Part shown: positions 9,452 through 18,087 of the stretch, piece after piece | Position numbering within the stretch: the stretch's first letter is position 1 | How the letters are laid out: each line of letters begins with the position of its first letter | NCBI GenBank assembly: GCA_963732385.1 | Contig: CAVSZB010000007.1 | Location: forward strand, 736,001-800,000 | Reading direction: 5' to 3' | DNA length: 64,000 nt | Origin: an uncultured bacterium | GTDB lineage: Bacteria; Krumholzibacteriota; Krumholzibacteriia; LZORAL124-64-63 | The notes under the pieces: generated by a model | What the model was told of the DNA's origin: nothing | The model's database searches: none | Seen by the model: the letters and a program-made list of their open reading frames with translations, nothing else | Translations under genes and position numbers: made by a program

Positions 9452-11827
9452 CTACTCCTCCGGGATATCCCCGAATCCACGCTCGCCGTCCCGGCCGGCG
9501 GTCGCGTCATCGGGGAGGCGGTATTCGTTCACGACGGCCGCGCCGATCGAGGCGGTGTTCGACACGATCCGGCGCAGGTCACTGATGAGATGGATGTGGA
9601 TGGAACTCGTCTGCTCCGCCTCCGGGATGCCCTTGCCGAAGCGGTCCAGATGCTCGAAGTGCAGATTGCGCGCGCGTCGCGCCATGTCGGCCTTCATGGC
9701 CACCACCTCGCGTGCCATGGCCTGGTCGTTGGTGGCGAACGCCGCCAGCGCCTTCTCGAGCATCGCGATCACATCGAGATAGTAGGCCGACCACTCGCGG
9801 GTCCCCTCCTCGGAGAAGCGCAGATCGTCCTGCAGCACCTTGTCGGCCAGACCCATCAGGTTCTTCGAGAGCAGATCGCCGATCGTTTCGAGATGGTGGA
9901 CCATATAGAGCAGCGAGGCAGCCTTCGCCGACTGGGCCTGGCCCAGCTCCTGCCGTCCGAGACGCGTCAGGTAACGGCGCAGCGCCTCGTCGAGCGTGTC
10001 GACCTTGTCGTCGAGCAGCCGGACCAGCCGCGCCTTCTCCTCGCTGCGGTCGCGGAACACCTCGAAGCCGACGCGCAGCTGGTTGAGCACCGCGTCGCCC
10101 ATGCGCATGATCTCGCGCTGCACCTGCGCCAGCGCCAGCACCGGCACCTCGAGGATCCGCTCGTCGATGTACTTCGGGCTCCAGGTCTTCTCGCTCTCGC
10201 CCGCCTTCTCCGGCATCAGCCGGCGCAGGAACCCCTCCGCCCACTTGAGCGTCGGCAGGAAGAGCAGCGCGGCGGTCACGTTGAACAGGGTGTGCGCGTT
10301 GGCGATCTGGCGCGGCAGGTCGGGCGAGGTGCGCGCCACCAGCGCGGCGAACGGCCCCATGAACGGCAGGAACACCAGCGCCGCCGCCACCTTGAAGAAG
10401 ATGTGCGCCACCGCCGTGCGCTGCGCCTCGCGCCGGGTGCCGAACGCCGCCATCACCGCGGTGATGCAGGTGCCGATGTTGGCCCCCAGGATGACCGGGA
10501 TGGCGGTCGACAGGCCGATCAGCCCCTGGAACGCGAGCGTGAGCGCGATGCCGATCGTGGCCGCGCTGTTGTGGATCAGCGCCGTGAAGATCATCGCCGC
10601 CAGCAGCGCCAGCAGCGGCTGCTCCGCGCTGCCCAGCAGCACCTGACGGAACGCCGGCAGGTCCTGCAGCGGCGTCATCGCCTTGTTCATCAGCGCCATG
10701 CCGTAGAAGATCAGGCCGACGCCGACCACGAACTGCCCGCTCGACCGGTAGCGCCGCCGCGGCAGGGCCGACAGCACGAACCCCGCGAACACGATCAGCA
10801 GCGAATAGTCCTTCAGCGAGAAGGCGAGCAACTGGACGGTCAGCGTCGTGCCGACGTCGGCCCCGAGGATGATCGCCAGCGTCTGCCCCAGGCTCATCAG
10901 CCCGGCATTCGTGAAGCTGACCACCATCACCGTGGTGGCGCTGCTGCTCTGGACGAGGGCCGTCACCACGATCCCGGTGACCAGCCCCAGCAGCCGGTTG
11001 TCCGTGACCCGGCCGAGGATGGCGCGCAACCGATTGCCCGCCATCTGTTCCAGTCCGGTGCTGGTCATCCGCATGCCGGTGAGGAACAGCGCGAGTCCGC
11101 CGAGCAGCCCCGACCACAGCAGCAGCGTCCATTTCGGGTCGATCACCCGCAGCGAGAACCGCAGCGCTTCCCCCACCGGTCGGTCCGGCAGGGAGGCAGA
11201 CACCTGGACCGTCTCCACGCGCCCGGCGGGGAAGTAGTAGACGCCCGCGTACCCCTGGACATCGCTGGTGACCGTCAGGCGGGGGCGGGCATCTTTCAGC
11301 GTGGCTCCGACCGGCCGGGGCGCGTAGCCGCCCGACCCGCGCAGAGTGAGCGGATGCAGGCCGCCGTTGGTGTAGGAAAGGCCGTCGGCATCGAACTCCG
11401 GTTCCACGCTGAAAACGACCGGCTCGCCGGCCACCGGCGCGCCGCGACCGTCGCGCACCTGCACCAGCAGCGGTTGCGAGCCGGACGCGAACGGCTTGAG
11501 CGCCTGACGGTTCCCCGAAAGATCGCGTCCGAGCATGTCGGAAGCGCGGGTGAGGCGCCGCGACCCGAGGGGGGCGAAGTCAGGGCCGGCGCCATTGGTC
11601 GGCGTCGTTCCCGCTTCGCCTTCGGCGACGTCGGCCGGCGCCGCGACCGGGCCTCTCCCGCCCGGCCGGGGCGCCAGCAGGAGCGCCCCGCAGAGGACGG
11701 CGGCCAGCCAGGGGCCTCGCGCGCGGCCCGGCAGGCGCAGGCGCAGGCCGGCGCGCACCCCGGCCACGCGGCCAAAGCGGCGGGCGGGAGCGACGGCGGC
11801 GTCTGTCGGCACAATCATTGCGACCAT
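9452..11827 (-). CDS. Na+/Pi cotransporter (NptA/YjbB-like) with PhoU domains and an N-terminal Ig-like extension; start uncertain
   Basis: LLGGLALFLTGM, VQSSSATT, ILGADVGTT, IHNSAAT, ILGANIGT; C-terminal PhoU-like helical repeats. Confidence 0.9.
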   Translation of the reverse strand: MVAMIVPTDAAVAPARRFGRVAGVRAGLRLRLPGRARGPWLAAVLCGALLLAPRPGGRGPVAAPADVAEGEAGTTPTNGAGPDFAPLGSRRLTRASDMLGRDLSGNRQALKPFASGSQPLLVQVRDGRGAPVAGEPVVFSVEPEFDADGLSYTNGGLHPLTLRGSGGYAPRPVGATLKDARPRLTVTSDVQGYAGVYYFPAGRVETVQVSASLPDRPVGEALRFSLRVIDPKWTLLLWSGLLGGLALFLTGMRMTSTGLEQMAGNRLRAILGRVTDNRLLGLVTGIVVTALVQSSSATTVMVVSFTNAGLMSLGQTLAIILGADVGTTLTVQLLAFSLKDYSLLIVFAGFVLSALPRRRYRSSGQFVVGVGLIFYGMALMNKAMTPLQDLPAFRQVLLGSAEQPLLALLAAMIFTALIHNSAATIGIALTLAFQGLIGLSTAIPVILGANIGTCITAVMAAFGTRREAQRTAVAHIFFKVAAALVFLPFMGPFAALVARTSPDLPRQIANAHTLFNVTAALLFLPTLKWAEGFLRRLMPEKAGESEKTWSPKYIDERILEVPVLALAQVQREIMRMGDAVLNQLRVGFEVFRDRSEEKARLVRLLDDKVDTLDEALRRYLTRLGRQELGQAQSAKAASLLYMVHHLETIGDLLSKNLMGLADKVLQDDLRFSEEGTREWSAYYLDVIAMLEKALAAFATNDQAMAREVVAMKADMARRARNLHFEHLDRFGKGIPEAEQTSSIHIHLISDLRRIVSNTASIGAAVVNEYRLPDDATAGRDGERGFGDIPEE

Positions 11828-11966
11828 ACGAAATCACGGTCCCGCACGGGGAAGGACGTGGCGTTTTGCCACCTCACACGGCTTCCGGAGCGCTGTCGGG
11901 AAACCCGGCCGCCCGGCGACATATCCGGGCATCCTAGGACCTTCGACGATGAGGAACAACAGCGGA

Positions 11967-14090
11967 ATGTACAATGAGGGCTACGGAACCGAAAGCCGGC
12001 AGAAACTGCCGCGCGGGCGAAATGCCCGCCTGCGGCTCGCCTGGCTGACAACCGTGGGCCTGCTGGCGATGGCCACGGCCACCGCTGCCGCCCCGTGGGA
12101 GGCGCCGCTCGATACCCTGGAAAACGTCGACGCGCCGCCCCCCTGGGTGCCGCGGGACATCCAGATCTCCCGCAACATCCTGCCCGCGATCGCCGGGACG
12201 GCGCTGCCTGCCACGACACCGCCGGCCCGCCCGCCCCGGCTCGACGACCCGCTCCTGGCGGCGCTGCGCTTCCAACAGGCCCGTAGCGCCCAGGCTGCCG
12301 GCCGGACCGACGAGGCTCAGATCGCGGTCCTCCAGGCCGCCGAGCGCGATCCGGCCCGCGCCGCCTACGCCTGGTGGCGCACCTGGCACGGCCTGCGGCA
12401 ACTGGACTTCGATTTCCTCAACGCCCTGCCGCGCGCCTTGCGGGCCACGCATTCGGACCTGGCCGCCTGGAAACGGCTCATCCTGCTCGGCCACCAGGCA
12501 GCCGTGCTCTGGATCGCCCTGTTCTGGACCCTGCTGGTGGCGGCCGGGCTCTTCCGCTACGGGGACCGGATCGCGCACGACCTGTCCGCACTCCTGCTGA
12601 GGGGAAAGCGGCACTCCGCGCCCCTCTGGCTGCTGCCGCTGTCCGTGGCGGCGCTGCTCTGGCTGCGACCTGGCTGGTTCGTGCTGCTCGCCGTCCTCTC
12701 CGCACCGCTATATCTGCACGCCAGCGGCCGCGCCCGCGCCCTGCTGATCGGCACCTGGATCGCCGCCACCGCGGTGCTCTATCCCGGCTGGCCGGCCGTG
12801 CGCGCCGCGCTGCCGGCCGTCGATCCCGGCAGCGAAACCGTCCTCCTCGCGCGCGCCACCCGGCTGCCCCCCTCGCCCGGTCTCGTGCAGCAGTTGGAAA
12901 CCCGGATCGCGGCGGCGCGCGGCGACGCGCCGCGCACCTCCCGGCTGCGTCTGGCCCTCGGCGTGCTGGCGGCGCGGGGCGGCGACTACGACGCCAGCAG
13001 CCGTCTGCTCGGCGCGATCGTGACGCAGGACCCGACCAACGTGGCGGCCCTCGTGAACTTCGCGAACAACGACTACTACCAGGGCCACTACGACGCCGCC
13101 GTCCGCGCCTACCAGACCGCGACGCGCGCGTCCCCCGACCGTGCGGAGATCCACTACAACCTGGCTCAGGCCTTCGCGAAGAAACTGTTCTTCAAGGAGA
13201 GCTCGGAAGGACTGGCCCGGGCCAACGCCCTCGGTTTCGTGCCGGCGCCGTTCGAGGACCGCGCCGGCACCGCCAACGGGTTCGCGCCGGTGGTCTATCT
13301 CGGCCATGACCGGGAGGATCTCGCGGCGAGCGCGAAATGGGAGAGCGGCCGCTATCCCCCGCTGGCGCACCTGTCGGCCTGGGCCCCCTGGCTCGGCGAG
13401 CGGATGGCGGCGCTGTTCTGGATCCTCGGCGGGCTGTTCGTTCTGACGATCGTCGGGAGCCTGCGCCTGCCGGCGACCTCCCGGACCCGTCCGTGCGCCA
13501 ACTGCAACACGGCGGTCTGCCCGGCCTGCGGGCAATGGCGGGAGGACGAGCTGCTCTGCCCGGTCTGTCACAGCACCGCCGAGCGCGCACGCTCCGAACT
13601 GGTGATGGCCACCCTGCAGAAGAACCGCAGCCGCGATCTGGAAATGGCCTTCATCGCGCGCGCGCAGCGGTTCAATCGCATCCTGCCGGGCGGAAGCAAT
13701 CTCGTCGCCGGCCAGCCGCTGGTCGGACTGGCGCGCCTTGGGCTGCTGACCACCGCCCTGCTGCTGCTGCTGTTCGGCTGGTCGTTCAATCTCATGGCGA
13801 CCTGGGATCTGCCGGGCCTCCTGTTGCCAGAGGAGACCCTCCAGCCCCTGCTGCTGCCGCTGCCGGCCTACGCCTGGACCGGCCCGCGCGGCTGGTCGTT
13901 CGTGGCGGGACTCCTGCTCGCCGGGACGCTGTACTTATCCGCCTGGCTCGGGCACGACAAGTTCCGGCGCAGCCGTCCGGCGCGCCTGCCGAAGCAGATC
14001 CTCAAGCCGGCCGGCTGGGGGCCGGCGGCGCCGGGTGCCGGCGCGGGCGCGAGTACGGGCACCAACGGCAAACGCCGCGACAGCGCCTGA
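11967..14090 (+). CDS. Membrane TPR-repeat protein with Cys-rich Zn-finger; start uncertain
   Basis: Signal-like N-terminus, several TM helices, TPRs ('AALVNFANNDYYQGHYDAAVRAYQ', 'AEIHYNLAQAF'), CANC..VCPAC..LCPVC. Confidence 0.8.
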   Translation: MYNEGYGTESRQKLPRGRNARLRLAWLTTVGLLAMATATAAAPWEAPLDTLENVDAPPPWVPRDIQISRNILPAIAGTALPATTPPARPPRLDDPLLAALRFQQARSAQAAGRTDEAQIAVLQAAERDPARAAYAWWRTWHGLRQLDFDFLNALPRALRATHSDLAAWKRLILLGHQAAVLWIALFWTLLVAAGLFRYGDRIAHDLSALLLRGKRHSAPLWLLPLSVAALLWLRPGWFVLLAVLSAPLYLHASGRARALLIGTWIAATAVLYPGWPAVRAALPAVDPGSETVLLARATRLPPSPGLVQQLETRIAAARGDAPRTSRLRLALGVLAARGGDYDASSRLLGAIVTQDPTNVAALVNFANNDYYQGHYDAAVRAYQTATRASPDRAEIHYNLAQAFAKKLFFKESSEGLARANALGFVPAPFEDRAGTANGFAPVVYLGHDREDLAASAKWESGRYPPLAHLSAWAPWLGERMAALFWILGGLFVLTIVGSLRLPATSRTRPCANCNTAVCPACGQWREDELLCPVCHSTAERARSELVMATLQKNRSRDLEMAFIARAQRFNRILPGGSNLVAGQPLVGLARLGLLTTALLLLLFGWSFNLMATWDLPGLLLPEETLQPLLLPLPAYAWTGPRGWSFVAGLLLAGTLYLSAWLGHDKFRRSRPARLPKQILKPAGWGPAAPGAGAGASTGTNGKRRDSA

Positions 14091-14136
14091 GCGCGGGTCC
14101 GCGGGCCGATACACCCGCGGGCCGGAAAGGTCGGGC

Positions 14137-15240
14137 ATGGCCCTGGAAGGAAATCTCAGCGACTTCGGTCTGGAGGAGATCCTCCAGCTGATCGCGGTGC
14201 AGCAGAAGTCCGGTTTCCTGATCCTGAAGCAGGATCAGGAGATGGTGTTCTACTTCGGCCGCGGCATGCTCGTCTCCACGCGCGACCGCCGCGCTCCCGG
14301 CAACGACCCGCTCGTCGTCTATCTGCGTCGCTACGGCTTCTTCACGCCGGAACAGTGGAAGCATCTGGACTACGTGCTGTCCCACGCCACGCTCGATCTG
14401 ACCGAGGTGCTGCTCTCCGAGAACCTGCTCGACGAACCGACGCTGAACAACGTCCTGCAGTCGGTGGCCCAGGAGCAGATCCACCAGGGCATGAAGTTCA
14501 AGCGGGGCAGCTACCACTTCACGGCCACCAACGAGATGGCCTCGGGCATCCGCGGCCGTATCAACATGGACATCCAGGGCCTGCTGATGGAAGGGGCCCG
14601 TCGCTGTGACGAGGAGCCGCGCCTGCTCGAACAACTCAACTCGCTCTCGCTCAACTTCGCGCGCGGCGCCCGGGCGCCCCAGGCGGGGGAACTGGGCGAG
14701 ACGGGCAGCCGTCTGCTGCGGCTCGCGCTGGCCGGCAGGACGCTCGGCGAAATCATCCAGAGCGCCCGCGCCAGCGCCTTCACCACGCGCGAGTTGCTGG
14801 CCAACCTCTGCCAGACCGGCGCCCTCACAGTGGTCCAGCCGGAACTGGGCCAGGTCATCCCGCTGCCGGAGAGCCGCGCGCGCGGCGCGCGCCGGGGGCT
14901 GGCCCTGCGCCACCCGGCGCTGACCGCCGGCCTGGCCCTGCTGGTGCTGGCCGGCGGCGCCTGGCGCTGGCTGCCGGTGCTCCCCGCGGCCGGCGGGGCG
15001 CCGAAGATTTCCGCCGGCGCGGATGCGTCCGCGGCGGCCCCGCTCCGTCTGGCGCAGCTCGGCGACGACATCGAGCAGGCGATCACCCTGTTCCACGCCG
15101 AGCACGGCAGGTACCCGGCCGACCTGTCGCTCCTGGTGAACGAACGGTTCGTCGAGCCGTCGGCCGTGGCCGTCCTGCAGGGACGCGGCTGGAGCTACCG
15201 GGTGGTCGACCAGGGACGCAGCTACGCGTTCGGACCCTGA
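14137..15240 (+). CDS. DUF4388 (PATAN-like) domain protein with TM helix and pseudopilin-like C-terminus
   Basis: MALEGNLSDFGLEEILQLI...KSGFL is the DUF4388 signature; 'LLMEGARRCDE'; TM; then 'IEQAITLFHAEHGRYPADLSLLV'. Confidence 0.85.
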   Translation: MALEGNLSDFGLEEILQLIAVQQKSGFLILKQDQEMVFYFGRGMLVSTRDRRAPGNDPLVVYLRRYGFFTPEQWKHLDYVLSHATLDLTEVLLSENLLDEPTLNNVLQSVAQEQIHQGMKFKRGSYHFTATNEMASGIRGRINMDIQGLLMEGARRCDEEPRLLEQLNSLSLNFARGARAPQAGELGETGSRLLRLALAGRTLGEIIQSARASAFTTRELLANLCQTGALTVVQPELGQVIPLPESRARGARRGLALRHPALTAGLALLVLAGGAWRWLPVLPAAGGAPKISAGADASAAAPLRLAQLGDDIEQAITLFHAEHGRYPADLSLLVNERFVEPSAVAVLQGRGWSYRVVDQGRSYAFGP

Positions 15241-15265
15241 GACCGCCAGGCGGGTCACGACGCCC

Positions 15266-15293
15266 TTGACCAATCCGCCCCTCTGACTACGTT
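15266..15293 (+). promoter_or_regulatory. Putative sigma70 promoter
   Basis: TTGACC-16 nt-TACGTT upstream of the aminotransferase. Confidence 0.4.
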
Positions 15294-15362
15294 TCGGCAC
15301 GACCCGCCGTCGGCGGGCCGGCGCCCGCGCGCCTTCCCGTCACCCGTTCCGAGGTGCCCGCC

Positions 15363-16571
15363 ATGACCGACGCCGCCCCCCGCTTCGTGCCTGCCGACCG
15401 GATCCGCAACCTCCCTCCCTACGTCTTCGCCCGGGTCTTCGCTCTGCGTGACGAGGCGCTGGCGCGCGGCCAGCGGGTCTTCGACATGGGGGTGGGCAAT
15501 CCCGACGGTCGTCCGCCGGAGCACGTCGTGGCGGCGCTGGTCGACGCGGTCCGCAGTCCGCAGAACAACGTGCACCGCTACTCCACCTTCAACGGCTCGC
15601 CGGCCCTGCGCCGCTCGATCGCCGGGTGGTACGCGCGGCGGTTCGGCGTCACCCTCGACCCGGACACGCAGACGCTGCCGCTCATCGGCTCGAAAGAGGG
15701 GCTCGCCAACCTGATGCGGACCTGCCTGAACGTCGGCGACACGATCATCATCCCCAGCCCCTGCTACCCGGCCTATTTCGGCGCCGCGCGGCTGTGCGAG
15801 GCGCGCATCTGGGAGCTGGAACTGCGCGCGGACCGGGGCTACCAGCCCGACTTCGGCGCCATCCCCGCCGAGGTGGCAAAAGCCGCCCGGATGATGCTGT
15901 TGAACTACCCGAACAACCCCACCGGCGGCGTCTGCGGGCTCCCCCTGCTGGAGGAGGCGCTGGCGTTCTGCGACCGTCACGACATCCTGCTCGTCTCCGA
16001 CATCGCCTACAGCGAGCTGAGCCTCGATCCGGCCTGCGTCCCGCCGAGCGTGCTGCAGTTGCCGGGCGGGCCGGAGCGCGCGGTGGAATTCCAGTCGCTC
16101 AGCAAGAGCCACAACATGGCGGGCTGGCGCGTCGGCTTCGCCGCCGGCAGCGCCGAGGTCATCGCCGCGCTCGGCAAGACCAAGAGCAACGTCGACTTCT
16201 CCCTGTTCGGCGGCATCCAGAGCGCCGCCTGCGCCGCTCTCGACGGCCCCCAGGATATCTGCGCCGCCAACGCCGACCTCTACCGCCGCCGGCGCGACCT
16301 GGTGCTCGACACCTGGCACGCCCTCGGCTGGCGCCTGGAAGCGCCCCGCGCCACGATGTACGTCTGGGGAAAGATCCCGCGCGCCTGCGGCACCGACGAC
16401 CTGGCGTTCGTGGTCGATCTCCTGCGCCAGACCGGCGTGCTGCTCTCCCCCGGCTCGGGCTTCGGGGTCTACGGCGCCGGCTGCGTGCGCGCCTCGCTCG
16501 GGATCGACGAAGCGGAGCTGACGGCGGCCATGGCCGCCTGCCGGTCGGCCGACATCGACTGGCGATCGTAG
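15363..16571 (+). CDS. Class I/II PLP aminotransferase (LL-diaminopimelate aminotransferase-like)
   Basis: RIRNLPPYVF, MGVGNPD, LIGSKEG, LNYPNNPTG, SDIAY, SLSKSHNMAGWRVGF. Confidence 0.88.
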   Translation: MTDAAPRFVPADRIRNLPPYVFARVFALRDEALARGQRVFDMGVGNPDGRPPEHVVAALVDAVRSPQNNVHRYSTFNGSPALRRSIAGWYARRFGVTLDPDTQTLPLIGSKEGLANLMRTCLNVGDTIIIPSPCYPAYFGAARLCEARIWELELRADRGYQPDFGAIPAEVAKAARMMLLNYPNNPTGGVCGLPLLEEALAFCDRHDILLVSDIAYSELSLDPACVPPSVLQLPGGPERAVEFQSLSKSHNMAGWRVGFAAGSAEVIAALGKTKSNVDFSLFGGIQSAACAALDGPQDICAANADLYRRRRDLVLDTWHALGWRLEAPRATMYVWGKIPRACGTDDLAFVVDLLRQTGVLLSPGSGFGVYGAGCVRASLGIDEAELTAAMAACRSADIDWRS

Positions 16572-16632
16572 CGGTTGGTGCGCCACGGTCTCGTGACGCG
16601 GTTCGGCGGCGGCGTGGCGACCGGGCAGGTCG

Positions 16633-17931
16633 TCACTCCGGCCGGTGCGTGGCCACCGTGAGATGGTCGGGATGGAAGTAGGCGCTGGCGCAGCGGACGA
16701 TCACGTCGCGATCGATCGCGTCGAGCCGCGCCACCAGTTCCGTGACCGGTATGAAGCGATCGTGGGTGATCTCGTTCTTGGCCGCGCGGCTCATCTGGCC
16801 CATCACGCCCTCGAGCCCGAAGATGATCTGCGACTTCATCTGCGCGCGATTCGCCTCCAGTTCCCCTTCGCCCGGCCCCTCCGCCAGCAGCTTGCGGTAC
16901 TCGTCCCGCACGACCGCCTCGAGGCGGGCCGCCTTGCTCGGCGTGCAGGAGCCGGCGCAGCTCACCAGGCCGGTGTCGCGCCCCAGGTCGCTGTAGGTGA
17001 AGACGGAGTAGGCGAGCCCTTCGCGCTCCCGCACCGCCTGGAACACCCGGCTCGACATGCCCCCGCCGAGCAGGTTCGCCAGCAGGTACAGCGGGATCCA
17101 GTCAGGGTGCCGGTACGAAACCGCCAGGTTGCCGATCTCGAAGTAGGTCTGGACGATGCCCGAGCGCAGTTCGAGCCGCTGCGGATCCGCGTCGTCCGCC
17201 GCCGGCGCGGCGTCGGCTGCGCCGATCCCGCCGCCACCGCTGCCGGTCCCGGGCGCGCACTCCGCCGCCGCGCCCCACAGCCGCGGGCCGAAAGCCGCCA
17301 CCACCGCCTCAGCCAGCCGCGGGTCGTCCGGCCCCGACAGCGACAGCACCAGATTCGGTCCGGCGAAGATCGTCGCGTGCTGGTCGCGCAGCAGATCGGC
17401 GCGCAGCCCCATCACCGACTCGCGCGTGCCCAGGATCGGCAGCGCGCGCGGATGCGCTCCGTAGACGCGCGCGGCGAACGCGTCATGCAGCCAGTCTTCC
17501 GGCGTGTCGCGCGCCTCCTGGATCTCCTCGCAGACGACCTCCTGCTCGAGCGCGATCATCTCCGGATCGAAGGCCGGGCGCAGCGTCATGTCGGCGAGCA
17601 GCTCCGCCGCCGGCGCCAGGTACTCCGGCAGCACCCGCAGCGTGAAACCGACATGGTCCTTGGTCGTGAAGGCGTCGACCGAAGCGCCCAGGGCGTCGAA
17701 CCCCCGCGCCAGGTCGAGGGCGGAGTACCGGGCCGAGCCCTTGAATACGATGTGCTCCAGGAAATGGCTCACTCCGCCCAGGCCGGCCGGCTCGTCCTGC
17801 GTGCCCCGCCGCACCCAGATGCCGAGCGCCGACGACTGCGCCCCCGGCAGGGGCGCGCTCAGCAGGACGGCGCCTCCGGGCAGGATCTCCCGCGACGGCG
17901 GCGTTTCGTCCCGATACGACGCGTTGTCCAT
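16633..17931 (-). CDS. M16 (pitrilysin-family) zinc peptidase
   Basis: GVSHFLEHIVFKG (HxxEH), DAFTTKD, LLGGGMSSRVFQAVREREGLAYSV; position directly after pnp. Confidence 0.92.
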   Translation of the reverse strand: MDNASYRDETPPSREILPGGAVLLSAPLPGAQSSALGIWVRRGTQDEPAGLGGVSHFLEHIVFKGSARYSALDLARGFDALGASVDAFTTKDHVGFTLRVLPEYLAPAAELLADMTLRPAFDPEMIALEQEVVCEEIQEARDTPEDWLHDAFAARVYGAHPRALPILGTRESVMGLRADLLRDQHATIFAGPNLVLSLSGPDDPRLAEAVVAAFGPRLWGAAAECAPGTGSGGGGIGAADAAPAADDADPQRLELRSGIVQTYFEIGNLAVSYRHPDWIPLYLLANLLGGGMSSRVFQAVREREGLAYSVFTYSDLGRDTGLVSCAGSCTPSKAARLEAVVRDEYRKLLAEGPGEGELEANRAQMKSQIIFGLEGVMGQMSRAAKNEITHDRFIPVTELVARLDAIDRDVIVRCASAYFHPDHLTVATHRPE

Positions 17932-18060
17932 GGGCTCCCCATGCGCGTTGGCCACGCCGGCTGAAGACGAGCGCGGCCCGGTTGCCACCGGGCCGTCGCT
18001 CCTGAGCGGCCGCGCGGGGCGACGTCACAGTAGACGGCGCCCCCCGCGGAACTGTCTGAC

Positions 18061-18082
18061 CGGCCCGCCGCGCGGCGGGCCG
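18061..18082. repeat. 22-bp perfect palindrome just 3' of the pnp stop
   Basis: CGGCCCGCCGCGCGGCGGGCCG; no U-tract, so possibly an mRNA-stabilising hairpin. Confidence 0.5.
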
Positions 18083-18087
18083 CACAA

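Noticed and set aside
7634..11977. 1447-aa plus-strand ORF
   Set aside because: Antisense shadow of ktrB and the Na/Pi cotransporter; Arg/Gln/His-rich with no motifs, as expected opposite high-GC genes.
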